Below, one piece after another: positions 52,542-64,000 of a stretch of 64,000 bases of DNA; position 1 is the first letter of the stretch; each line of letters begins with the position of its first letter. The translations under genes were made by a program, and so were the position numbers. The stretch comes from Candidatus Eiseniibacteriota bacterium (GTDB lineage: Bacteria; Eisenbacteria; RBG-16-71-46), in the NCBI GenBank assembly GCA_963707915.1, contig OY970178.1, forward strand, positions 1,952,001-2,016,000. The letters are read 5' to 3'. Below the pieces are notes generated by a model that was not told the DNA's origin, made no database searches, and saw nothing but the letters and a program-made list of their open reading frames with translations.

Positions 52542-53705
52542 CTAGGCGACGGGGGCGACGCCCGCGGGTGGCTGCGCTGGCCGCGAACCCACCCGCGAGA
52601 GGATGAGCGCGCCGGTGCCGATGATCGAGAGCCCCAGCACCAACAGGACTCCCAGCAGGGTGAAGAACAGCGAGAGCGTGCGCGGCACCCCCTCGGGCAC
52701 CGCGAAGCCGGCGCCCAGCCCGAAGCACAGCGCGACCAGGAGCGTGCCCACGACGATCGGGCCCATCAGACCGCCCTCGCCCGGCCGGCGGCGCAGGATC
52801 TTGCAGCCCAGCACGTAGCTCCCGGCGATCTGGCCCGCCCAGATGGCCAGCAGGTAGACGAAGGGCAGCAGCAGCGCGAAGGGGATGCCGACCACGGTGA
52901 TGAAGAGCAGCACCAGCGCGATCACGAAGAGCGGCGCGGAGAGCAGGCCGAGGAAGAACGAGCCGGCGCCGTGGCGCGAGGCGGTGTGCCCGATCTGCAG
53001 CATGCGCTCGGGGAAGAGCAGGGCGAGCAGCCAGCCGAGGACCAGCGTGACCAGCCAGCCCAGGACCACGACGGTGAGCAGCGTGGCCAGCGTCGGCACG
53101 CCCCAGCCCGGCGACATCAGGCCGATGGCCACGCTCTGGCCGCTGACCCGCGCATCCGGCGGCTGGTCGAGCACGCCGCCGATCGCGATGGCGTCGCCCT
53201 CCACGTTGGACCCGCCACGCAGGCGCACCGAGCCGAACACCGCCACCACGTCCCCCTCGACCGTGCCGCCGACGTCGACCGAACCGAACACGGCCACCAC
53301 GTCCCCGGGGATCGTCTTCCCGGCGGGCACGTGGGCGTCGGCGAACAGCCGCACCAGCCCGGCTTCGCCGGCGTTCACGACGATGGAGGTCCCGTTCCCC
53401 GAATCGCCCCCGATGACGACGCTCTCGCCCTTCCCATCCTCCACGGTCTCCACGGTCAGCCCGTGCCGGCCCACCTTGATCACGCCCTCGGGCTTCGGGC
53501 GGACGCGCGTCTCGAGGTGGCCCGTGCTGTCTCCGGGGCCGGAGCGCTCGATCTGGATGCCGGCGGGTCCGATGCGCACGTGGCGCACCACCCGCCCGCT
53601 GTCGCCGACCGCCAGGGCCAGCGCCGGAACCAGCCACAGGACGAGCGCCAGGAGGGCCCCGGTCGCCATCCCCCGGGCCCGAGCGCCCACCCGACCGCAC
53701 CTCAC
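52542..53705 (-). CDS. Bactofilin-like beta-helix plus multi-TM membrane protein (ECF operon)
   Basis: GDVVAVFGSV repeats followed by about five TM segments; start GTG 53705 or ATG 53669. Confidence 0.8.
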   Translation of the reverse strand: MRCGRVGARARGMATGALLALVLWLVPALALAVGDSGRVVRHVRIGPAGIQIERSGPGDSTGHLETRVRPKPEGVIKVGRHGLTVETVEDGKGESVVIGGDSGNGTSIVVNAGEAGLVRLFADAHVPAGKTIPGDVVAVFGSVDVGGTVEGDVVAVFGSVRLRGGSNVEGDAIAIGGVLDQPPDARVSGQSVAIGLMSPGWGVPTLATLLTVVVLGWLVTLVLGWLLALLFPERMLQIGHTASRHGAGSFFLGLLSAPLFVIALVLLFITVVGIPFALLLPFVYLLAIWAGQIAGSYVLGCKILRRRPGEGGLMGPIVVGTLLVALCFGLGAGFAVPEGVPRTLSLFFTLLGVLLVLGLSIIGTGALILSRVGSRPAQPPAGVAPVA

Positions 53706-53706
53706 C

Positions 53707-54330
53707 TCAGAAGCCCAGGACGCCGACATGGTGCACCTCCCGCGCCGCGGCACCCGCCCGCGGCCGCATCCACCACAACAAGGCCACGCAGACCGCGGCC
53801 GCCGCCCAGATCGCGAGGGCGACGCTGGGCTCCGCGAGCACGGCCCCAAGGGCCCGCGACAGCGGCGCGAGGCGCCCACCGACCGCGCGGACCACGCTCC
53901 AGCTGTCGGCGACGCGCACCGCCGAAGCTCCGAGCAGGTTCAGCACGAAGATCCCGGCTCCCAGCAGCCGGTGCGACAACTGGCCCGAAAGCGTCTCCAG
54001 TTGCGCGTGCCCGCCCGGCTGGAGCGCCCAGGTCGCCACCCCGGCGAAGCAGGCGGCGAGCGCGCCCGCGTAACCCCAGCCCAGTGCGGCGAGCCGGCGG
54101 TGGCGCGCGCGCGACGGCAGCACGCGCTCGAGGATCCTCCCGGTGAGTTCGGGCCGCGGCGCCAGCAGGGGGGCGCGCTCGAGCGTCGCGATGAGACCCT
54201 GGAACGACGCCACCTCGGCGGCGCAGTCACGGCACGCGGCCAGGTGCGCGCGGAAGGCCACGGTCTCCGCGGGCGGCAGTTCGCCGTCCAGGAAGTCCTG
54301 CAGGCGGAGGTTCTCGGCACAGCGCGTCAT
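53707..54330 (-). CDS. Anti-sigma factor (zf-HC2)
   Basis: HLAACRDC; TM segments. Confidence 0.9.
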   Translation of the reverse strand: MTRCAENLRLQDFLDGELPPAETVAFRAHLAACRDCAAEVASFQGLIATLERAPLLAPRPELTGRILERVLPSRARHRRLAALGWGYAGALAACFAGVATWALQPGGHAQLETLSGQLSHRLLGAGIFVLNLLGASAVRVADSWSVVRAVGGRLAPLSRALGAVLAEPSVALAIWAAAAVCVALLWWMRPRAGAAAREVHHVGVLGF

Positions 54331-54893
54331 GACCCGGCCTCCAGTCGCTCCTTCAGCAGGGCGCGCGCCCGGTGGATGCGCGCCTTCACCGTGCCCAGCG
54401 GCAGCCGCAGCGCCTCGGAGATCTCCTCGTAGGAGAGCCCCTGCTGGTGCCGCAGCACCACCACGATCCGGTAGTGCTCGGGCAGCGACCCGATCAGCCG
54501 GTCGGCGCTGCGCTGCTCCTGGCGCTGCTCGGCCAGCTCCTCGGGCCCCGGAGCGGGATCCGCGAAATCGACGGCGTGCTCCTCGTCCGACCCCGGCTCG
54601 CTGCGGAACAGCGAGACCGTCTTCACCCGGCGCCGGCGCAGCTGATCGATGCTCAGCCGCGCCGCGATGGTGAGCAGCCAGGCCGGGAAGGGCCGGGCCG
54701 GGTCGTAGCGATCGAGGGCCTTGAACATCCGGACGAACGTCTCCTGCGTGAGGTCCTCGGCATCCTCGGCCACGCGGACCATCCGCATGGCCACCGAGTA
54801 GACCTGCCTCTCGTAGCGCTCGATCAGCTCGCGGTAGGCCCGCTCGTCTCCGGCCAGGCAGCGCCGGACCAGTTCGGCGTCGCTGGGGCTCAC
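54327..54893 (-). CDS. ECF sigma factor (SigW/RpoE-like)
   Basis: DAEDLTQETF, WLLTIA, LSYEEIS..LPLGTVKARIHRAR. Confidence 0.95.
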   Translation of the reverse strand: MSPSDAELVRRCLAGDERAYRELIERYERQVYSVAMRMVRVAEDAEDLTQETFVRMFKALDRYDPARPFPAWLLTIAARLSIDQLRRRRVKTVSLFRSEPGSDEEHAVDFADPAPGPEELAEQRQEQRSADRLIGSLPEHYRIVVVLRHQQGLSYEEISEALRLPLGTVKARIHRARALLKERLEAGS

Positions 54894-54914
54894 CGGCTGA
54901 CCTTCATCTCCGCT

Positions 54915-54941
54915 TACGGGCGGCGGGCGGGGAAGGTTTCA
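54915..54941 (-). promoter_or_regulatory. ECF (SigW-type) autoregulatory promoter
   Basis: TGAAAC-N17-CGTA. Confidence 0.75.
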
Positions 54942-55042
54942 TGTGGGAGGACATTAGCGACCCGGTTCGGCGGTGGTCAAGGACCTGCGGGACTTCGAGT
55001 TGGGCAACCGGCCGCTTGACGGCAGGGGAAGCCCGAACGTAG

Positions 55043-56377
<1,335 letters not shown>

Positions 56378-56532
56378 CGCCGGACGCTTCGCGGGTACAT
56401 GTTGTCGGGTGTGGTCGGACGCGGCGAGCGTCCGGCCCACCCTGACCGGCCGGCGCGGCGACCGCCGGCCCGGAACTCGCAGGGACGCGAGCCCCGGCCC
56501 ACCGGGGACCATGGAGGAAGGACAGGGACGTC

Positions 56533-56889
56533 ATGCGCGACATCGGCACCCGCATCCAGCGCTACCGGCTCTCCCGCTACGCCCCACCCGAGGATCGCGT
56601 GCGCCGCGGCCTGCGCTGGGTGTGGCTCGCCGCCGCGCTCTGGCTCGTCTGGGTCGGCTTCGTGAGCGAGCACAACTTCATGCGGCTCCGGCAACTCGCG
56701 CGGGAGCGCCAGCTCTCGGAGGAGCAACTGCAGCAACTCCAGGGCGAGGTCGCCCGCCTGGACGCGCAGCAACGCGACCCGGCGGCGCAGCGCCTGCTGG
56801 CCGAGCACGCGCTGCGCGAGAAGTCGGGCATGGCCAGGCCCGGCGAGATCATCTACCAGATCCGCCCCGGAGCCCCCGGGAAGCGCTGA
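56533..56889 (+). CDS. ftsB: Septum formation initiator FtsB/DivIC
   Basis: TM segment, coiled coil, REKSGMARPGE; follows eno. Confidence 0.85.
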   Translation: MRDIGTRIQRYRLSRYAPPEDRVRRGLRWVWLAAALWLVWVGFVSEHNFMRLRQLARERQLSEEQLQQLQGEVARLDAQQRDPAAQRLLAEHALREKSGMARPGEIIYQIRPGAPGKR

Positions 56890-56927
56890 GTCGGCGGCGG
56901 GCCCGGCGCGGCCCCGCCGGCGGAAAT

Positions 56928-56962
56928 GCGGAGCGGCGCGGGCATCGCCCGCGCCGCTCCGC
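56928..56962. terminator. Hairpin between convergent genes
   Basis: gcggagcggcgcgggc/gcccgcgccgctccgc. Confidence 0.55.
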
Positions 56963-56988
56963 TCTCGTGGCCCGCCGGGAAGCCGGGC

Positions 56989-57855
56989 CTAGAAGCCGAT
57001 CGCCACGGCCATCCGCACGCCGAAGCCGCTGAGGTCGAGCCTGGGGATGCGGGCGATCGTCTTGCCGTCCGCGTCCAGGAGCGGCATCTGCAGGGGCAGC
57101 CGATTCGTGTCGAGGACGGGCACCATGATCACGTCCTCACCCGGGACGCTCGTCAGGCTGCGGATCTGCATGCTCCGGTAGACGGCGCCCACGATGACGG
57201 AGTAGCGCGCCGCGAAGAACAGGTGCGCGCCCACCTCGGCGTAGTACCCCGGGCTGTCGCCCCGCGCGACCAGCCGGTTGTTCCCGCCCAGCGAATTGAT
57301 GTCGAGCGTGTCGGGGCCGTTCGGGTTGGGATGGATCGGCAGGCCCACCTCGACCGTCGAGAAGCTCGCCTGGGTCCCGGTCATGCTCAGCAGGCCGGCA
57401 CCCACGAAGGCGCGGGCCTGGAAGTCCCCCTGCGTGTAGGGCGCGAGGTAGTACTGCGCCCCGACGTGGAACGGCGTCGAGACGACCTCGCCCACCACGT
57501 TGATGGACGCCCCGATGCTCGGCTGGTACTCCCGCTTGGTCCGGACCTTGAGCCGGCTCCCCCCCACCGCCAGGGCGAAGTTGGGGCGCACGAAGTAGCG
57601 CAACTCACCGTCGAACAGCCACGCCATGCCCACCTTGTCGAGCGGATTCTGGGTGCGGCCGTCGGAGTTGAGCGGGTACTCGTTGTAGCGACCGATGAGG
57701 TCGTTGATGCCGCCACCTTCGACCTGGCTCGGCATGCCCGAGATCACCAGGTTCAGACGGTGCACCTCGGCCGCCGCCATGGCCTCCGGGGAATGGCTGA
57801 AGACGCCGAAGGCCACGGCCAGCGCCAGCAGGGCCCCGAGACGAAGACGAGTCAA
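56989..57855 (-). CDS. Outer-membrane beta-barrel protein
   Basis: GGAGG before TTG; signal peptide; alternating strands; terminal GF. Confidence 0.75.
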   Translation of the reverse strand: MTRLRLGALLALAVAFGVFSHSPEAMAAAEVHRLNLVISGMPSQVEGGGINDLIGRYNEYPLNSDGRTQNPLDKVGMAWLFDGELRYFVRPNFALAVGGSRLKVRTKREYQPSIGASINVVGEVVSTPFHVGAQYYLAPYTQGDFQARAFVGAGLLSMTGTQASFSTVEVGLPIHPNPNGPDTLDINSLGGNNRLVARGDSPGYYAEVGAHLFFAARYSVIVGAVYRSMQIRSLTSVPGEDVIMVPVLDTNRLPLQMPLLDADGKTIARIPRLDLSGFGVRMAVAIGF

Positions 57856-58031
57856 CGCGAACCTCCCCAGATGAAGAGCCGATCCCGATGCGCAAGCCCC
57901 AGAATCCCGGTCAGAGTGCCGCATACTATCCGGCCTGCGGTCCCGGATGCAAGGCACGGAAGGGCGTTCCGGGGCGCCCCGGGCGGCACTTGACAGCCCA
58001 CCCGCCGGGGGCCTAACGTTCGAGCCGTTGA

Positions 58032-58108
<77 letters not shown>

Positions 58109-58111
58109 AAT

Positions 58112-58147
58112 GGGCCCCGGGGCCGTCGGCTCCGGGGCCCGCCCTTT
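58112..58147 (+). terminator. Intrinsic terminator after the tRNA
   Basis: gggccccgg...ccggggccc followed by a short T run. Confidence 0.55.
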
Positions 58148-58227
58148 GAGTCGTCCGCCGCGCGGTTCGCCGGCGGGGGCCGACCGGTAGAGCCCATCGC
58201 GGCCACGGTGCTAGTCTGCGCGCGCTC

Positions 58228-59253
58228 ATGAACGTGACACGACTGTCCGAAGACCGCGCCTGGTGCGACCACGTCCTGCCGCGCGTCTCGCGCACCTTCG
58301 CGCTCAACATCCGCCTGCTCGCCGGCACGTTCCGCGAGGCGGTGAGCACCGGCTACCTGCTCTGCCGGGCCGCCGACGCGATCGAGGACTCCTGGCCCGG
58401 GAGCGCCGGCGAGATCCGCGCGCGCTTCCGGCTCCTGCTCGATTCGCTCGGCGACGACGACGCCCCCGCCGAGTCCCTGGCCGCCCTGGCGCGCGGGACC
58501 GCGTCCCGGGCGAGCGACCTGGAGCTGGTCGCCGGCCTGCCGCGCGTGCGGCGCGTCTGGCGCGCGCTGCCCGCCGCCGACCGCGGGGTCCTCGCCGAGT
58601 GCGTGCACACCATGGCCACGGGCATGTGCCGCTACGCCGCGCGCGCCGCGGAACGCCCGCCCGGGGCGCCCTATCTCGACACCGAGGCCGAGCTGCGCGA
58701 CTACTGCTGGGTGGTGGCGGGCTGCGTGGGAGTGATGCTGACGCGGCTGTTCGGCGCCCGCGCCGCGGGCGATCCGGCGGCGCAGCGACGGCGGATCGAG
58801 CTCGCCCCGGCCGTCGGCGAGGCGCTGCAGCTCACCAACATCCTGCTCGACTGGTCCGCCGACGCGCGGCGCGGCCGCTGCTACCTCCCGGCCGCGTGGC
58901 TCGCCGAACACGGTCTCGAGCCGCGCGACCTGGTGGGGAGCGCACGTCCCGGCGTCACGGCCCTGGAGGTACGCCTCGAGGCGCGGGCCCGCGCCGCCCT
59001 CGCCCGGGTGCCCGACTACCTCGACGCCGTCCCGCCGCGCGCACTGCGCTACCGCCTGTTCACCCTGCTGCCCGCGCTCTGGGGGCTCGCCTCGATCGAG
59101 CACGCGCGCGAAGATCCCGAGTTCCCGTGGGGCGCGCGGCGGCCGCGACTGCCCCGGGGGCGGCTCTGGGGCGAGGCCGGCGGCGGGCTGCTGGGCCACC
59201 GCGGCGCGGCGTTGCGGCGGCTGCGGGCGGCGGGCGTTCCGGCCGGCGCCTGA
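58228..59253 (+). CDS. Squalene/phytoene synthase family protein
   Basis: VSRTFAL, YLLCRAADAIED, YCWVVAGCVG, LQLTNILLD. Confidence 0.9.
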   Translation: MNVTRLSEDRAWCDHVLPRVSRTFALNIRLLAGTFREAVSTGYLLCRAADAIEDSWPGSAGEIRARFRLLLDSLGDDDAPAESLAALARGTASRASDLELVAGLPRVRRVWRALPAADRGVLAECVHTMATGMCRYAARAAERPPGAPYLDTEAELRDYCWVVAGCVGVMLTRLFGARAAGDPAAQRRRIELAPAVGEALQLTNILLDWSADARRGRCYLPAAWLAEHGLEPRDLVGSARPGVTALEVRLEARARAALARVPDYLDAVPPRALRYRLFTLLPALWGLASIEHAREDPEFPWGARRPRLPRGRLWGEAGGGLLGHRGAALRRLRAAGVPAGA

Positions 59254-59291
59254 CCCGGGCGGGCCCCGCGGCCCGGCGGTGACCGCGGCGG

Positions 59292-60569
59292 CTACTCCAG
59301 CCGCTCGGTGGGCGCCGGCTCCGCGGCGCGGTCGCCCTGCAGCCGCGAGAGCACGCGGAAGCGCCAGGCCACCATCACGGCCCCCAGCAACATGACCCCG
59401 CCGCTGATGGTGGTCGAGACCGGCGCGCCCCAGCGCTGGGCGATCAGCCCGGAGCCGAGCGCCCCGATCGGCGCCGTGCCCGCGAACATCAGGGTGTAGA
59501 GGCTCATCACGCGGCCGCGGAAGCGGTCCTCGGTGGTGAGCTGCAGCAGCGTGTTCGTGCTGGCGACGTAGACGATGAGCCCGAAGCCCGCGAGCGCGCC
59601 CGCCGCGAGCGAAAGCGGGATCGCCCGCGACCAGGCGAAGAGCGCCAGCCCGCCGCCGCAGGCCGAGAGCCCCAGCAGCAGGTTGCGACGCAGACCGGGG
59701 CGGGCCGACCGTCCGGTGAGGCGCACCGCCCCGAGCAGCGCGCCCGCACCGAAGGCGGTCACCAGCAGGCCGTAGACCCTCGGGCCCGCGTGCAGGATGT
59801 CGCGCGCGTAGACCGGCAGCAGCAACTGGTACTGGAAGCCGATGCCGGCGGTCACGCAGAGCAGGAGCAGCAGGTTCCGCAGCGGACGCACGCCCCACGC
59901 GTAGCGCACGCCTTCCATCAGGCTCGACCCCAGCGCCCGGCCGCGGCGGTAGAACTCGCGCTTCGGCAGGTTCAGGCGCGCCAGGCTCGCCAGCACCGCG
60001 ACGTAGGAGAGCGCGTTGAGCCAGAAGCAGCCGCCCTCGCCCACGGTCGCGAGCAGCACGCCCGCCACCGCCGGCCCCACGACGCGCGCGGAGTTGAACG
60101 CCGCCGAGTTGAGCGCGATGGCGTTGCCCAGGTCCTCCTTGCCCACCAGCTCGACCACGAAGGACTGCCGCGCCGGCATGTCGAAGGCGTTGATGATCCC
60201 GAACACGCCCGCCAGGGTGAGCACCATCCACGGCTGCACCACGCCCGTGGTGACGACCGTGGCGAGGACGGCCGCCTGCAGCAGGGCGGCGCCCTGCGTC
60301 AGGACGAGCAGGCGACGGCGGTCCATGCGGTCGATCACCGCGCCGGCCCAGAGCGAGAGCAGCATGACCGGCAGGAACTGCGTGAAGCCGAGCAGGCCGA
60401 GCCAGAAGGCCGAGTGCGTGAGCCGGTGCATGAGCCAGCCCTGCGCCACGCTCTGCATCCAGGTGCCGACCAGCGAGACGAGCTGCCCACTCCAGTAGAG
60501 CCGAAAATTGCGGTGGCGCAGCGCGCTGAAGCGCGCCGCGAACCGGATGACGGTCGGGTTCCCTGCCAT
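59292..60569 (-). CDS. MFS transporter
   Basis: About 12 TM segments; NFRLYWSGQLVSLVGTWMQ; RGRVMSLY. Confidence 0.93.
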   Translation of the reverse strand: MAGNPTVIRFAARFSALRHRNFRLYWSGQLVSLVGTWMQSVAQGWLMHRLTHSAFWLGLLGFTQFLPVMLLSLWAGAVIDRMDRRRLLVLTQGAALLQAAVLATVVTTGVVQPWMVLTLAGVFGIINAFDMPARQSFVVELVGKEDLGNAIALNSAAFNSARVVGPAVAGVLLATVGEGGCFWLNALSYVAVLASLARLNLPKREFYRRGRALGSSLMEGVRYAWGVRPLRNLLLLLCVTAGIGFQYQLLLPVYARDILHAGPRVYGLLVTAFGAGALLGAVRLTGRSARPGLRRNLLLGLSACGGGLALFAWSRAIPLSLAAGALAGFGLIVYVASTNTLLQLTTEDRFRGRVMSLYTLMFAGTAPIGALGSGLIAQRWGAPVSTTISGGVMLLGAVMVAWRFRVLSRLQGDRAAEPAPTERLE

Positions 60570-60688
60570 GGCCCGGACGCTACTATGCCCGGGGGCGCTT
60601 CCCAAACCACCCGCCGTGCGCGAGACTCGGCCTGCCGCCTGCCCGGCTCGAACCGCCGGGCACGCCGCGGCCGGAGGCGAACGAACCC

Positions 60689-62026
<1,338 letters not shown>

Positions 62027-62285
62027 GCGCGGGGCGGGCCGGTGCCGAAGGCCGGCGGGCGCGGGCGGGTCGGGGGCGGAAGGCGCTCCGGGCGAGCGCT
62101 CGGTCGCGCCGGTCCCTGGCGCTCCCTCGCTCCTCCGCGCTGATCCGGCTCCGCCATCCTGGCTCCGCCGGGCGCGGGCGTCGCCCTGCGGCCTTCCGCC
62201 CCCGACCCGCCCGCGCCCGCCCCGGCGTTGAGCCCCTCCCGCGCCTGCGCTAGACTGCGTTCGCCACCAGCGAAAGGACCTTCGG

Positions 62286-62468
62286 ATGTGCCCCTTCTGC
62301 AAGGAACACGATGGCCGGACCTGCCAGGTCGTCGAGAAGCCCAACGGCCGCCTGGTCTGCGAGTGCGGACGACATTCCTGGCCAAGCGCGGGCGCGCTGC
62401 TCGAGACCTGCCGGCGGCAGGACCTGACCATCACCGGCATGCCGCAGATCTGGACCCAGGGCTACTGA
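62286..62468 (+). CDS. Small zinc-finger-like protein (60 aa)
   Basis: CPFC...CECGRH; AAAGGA RBS; operonic with hsp20. Confidence 0.65.
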   Translation: MCPFCKEHDGRTCQVVEKPNGRLVCECGRHSWPSAGALLETCRRQDLTITGMPQIWTQGY

Positions 62469-62482
62469 GCGCGGAGCCGAGC

Positions 62483-62929
62483 GTGAAGGACGATCCCAAG
62501 AACCCGCTCGAGAGCCTGCAGCACGAGGTCGAGCGCCTGTTCCACGACCTGGTCTACCGGCGCCATCCCGCATCGCACTTCGCCGAGCCGCGCTGGTCGC
62601 CCGCCGCGGACCTGGTCGTCGGCCAGGAATCGGCGCGCGTCATCTTCGAGCTGGCGGGCGTGCCGCGCGAGGGCGTGAAGGTCCTCCTGCGCGGCAACGT
62701 GCTCGAGGTGAGCGGCCGGCGCAGCCCGCCCCAGGAACCGGCCGGCACCCACTACCACCGCGCGGAGATCTACTTCGGCGATTTCCGCCGCCTGGTCGAG
62801 CTGCCCTGGGAAGCCGACGCGAGCCAGGTCGAGGCCGTCTACCGCGAAGGCATGCTCGAGGTGCGCCTCAAGCGCGCGCCGGAACCCGAACGCAAGGAGA
62901 TCGTGATCGAGGAGCCGGAAGCCCGCTGA
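62483..62929 (+). CDS. Hsp20/alpha-crystallin protein
   Basis: ELAGV, FGDFRRLVELP, AVYREGMLEV. Confidence 0.9.
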   Translation: MKDDPKNPLESLQHEVERLFHDLVYRRHPASHFAEPRWSPAADLVVGQESARVIFELAGVPREGVKVLLRGNVLEVSGRRSPPQEPAGTHYHRAEIYFGDFRRLVELPWEADASQVEAVYREGMLEVRLKRAPEPERKEIVIEEPEAR

Positions 62930-62957
62930 GGGCGCCCGGCCGATCGAGAAGACATCC

Positions 62958-64000
62958 ATGGCAGGACGCGCGAAGAAAGTGCCCGTCGCCGCGGAGGAGC
63001 CCGCGTCGCAGGAGTCCCAGGCGCCCCGGCTGCAGGGACCGCGGGAGCTCCCGGTGCTGCCGGTGCGGAACACCGTGCTCTTCCCCTTCGCCATCCTGCC
63101 GCTCAACGTGGGCCGCGAGCGCAGCGTCGCCCTGCTCAACGCCGTCATGGCCGGCGACCGCACGATCGCGGTGCTGGCCCAGCGGGACGGCGGCGTCGAG
63201 GATCCCGGCTTCGCCGACCTCCACGAGACCGGCACCCTCGGCACCGTCCTGCGCATGGTCCGCTTCCCCGACGAGCGCTACTCCGTGCTGGTGCAGGGCA
63301 TCGAGCGCATCCGCATCCTGCAGCCGGTGGCCGACCAGCCCTACCTCAAGGCGCGCTTCGAGGGCCTGGGCGAGACCAGCGACGAGAGCGTCGAGACCGA
63401 GGCGCTGATCAAGAACGTGCTGGAGCAGTTCGAGCGCGTCGTCGCGCTGATGCCCGCCATCCCCGACGAGGCGGTCGCCGCCGCGCGCAACCAGACCGGG
63501 TCGGGCCAGGTCGCCGACTTCATCGCCTCGTTGCTCGACCTGCCCGCCGAGGACAAGCAGAAGCTGCTCGAGACCCTGGACGCGAAGGAGCGCCTGCGCC
63601 TGCTCACCGGCGTGCTGGGCCGCGAGCTGCAGGTGCTCGAGGTCGGCGCCCAGATCCGCGACCAGGTCAAGGAGTCGCTCGACGAGCACCAGCGCGAGTT
63701 CGTCCTGCGCCAGCAGATGGAGGCCATCCGCAAGGAGCTGGGCGAGGGCGACGACGGCACGCGCGAGATCGACGAGCTCAAGGCCAAGCTCGAGAAGGCG
63801 CAGCTCCCGGCCGACGTGCAGAAGGAGGCCGACCGCGAGCTGGCCCGCCTGCGCACCATCCCGCAGCAGGCCGCCGAGCACACCGTCGCGCGCACCTACC
63901 TCGAGTGGCTGGCCGACATGCCCTGGGCCGTGCTCACCGACGACGACCTCGACCTCAAGCACGCCCGCTCGGTGCTCGACGAGGACCACTACGGCCTGGA
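62958..64000 (+). CDS. lon: Lon protease (partial, runs off window end)
   Basis: LPVLPVRNTVLFP, QREFVLRQQMEAIRKELGE, VLDEDHYGL. Confidence 0.95.
   Translation, partial: MAGRAKKVPVAAEEPASQESQAPRLQGPRELPVLPVRNTVLFPFAILPLNVGRERSVALLNAVMAGDRTIAVLAQRDGGVEDPGFADLHETGTLGTVLRMVRFPDERYSVLVQGIERIRILQPVADQPYLKARFEGLGETSDESVETEALIKNVLEQFERVVALMPAIPDEAVAAARNQTGSGQVADFIASLLDLPAEDKQKLLETLDAKERLRLLTGVLGRELQVLEVGAQIRDQVKESLDEHQREFVLRQQMEAIRKELGEGDDGTREIDELKAKLEKAQLPADVQKEADRELARLRTIPQQAAEHTVARTYLEWLADMPWAVLTDDDLDLKHARSVLDEDHYGL

Overview
Very GC-rich bacterial chromosomal segment. Gene content (FG-GAP protein, PNP/FlgD-like C-terminal domains, a WGxxKxxYR tail, a PorV-like barrel) suggests an FCB-group candidate phylum such as Ca. 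Eisenbacteria; this is inference only. The core backbone is rho-rpmE-DUF1385-prfA-prmC, lpdA, amiC-degP, lpxH-like, ppx, rlmN, ECF sigma/anti-sigma, eno-ftsB, initiator tRNA-Met and hsp20-lon. There are four sensor kinases and three sigma54 activators. No integrase, transposase, CRISPR array or rRNA was seen. Most interesting: (1) a small secreted peptide gene directly upstream of a TPR-GAF-sigma54 activator, followed by two sigma54 promoters, one driving a structured non-coding region and one driving a lipoprotein/CxDCH-protein/PorV operon (candidate peptide-signalling circuit); (2) a sigma54-driven cassette between prfA and prmC encoding a Yip1-like membrane protein, a CXXC protein and two secreted Cys-containing hydrophobic peptides (candidate bacteriocin-like system). 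All family assignments come from motif recognition by eye, not database searches.
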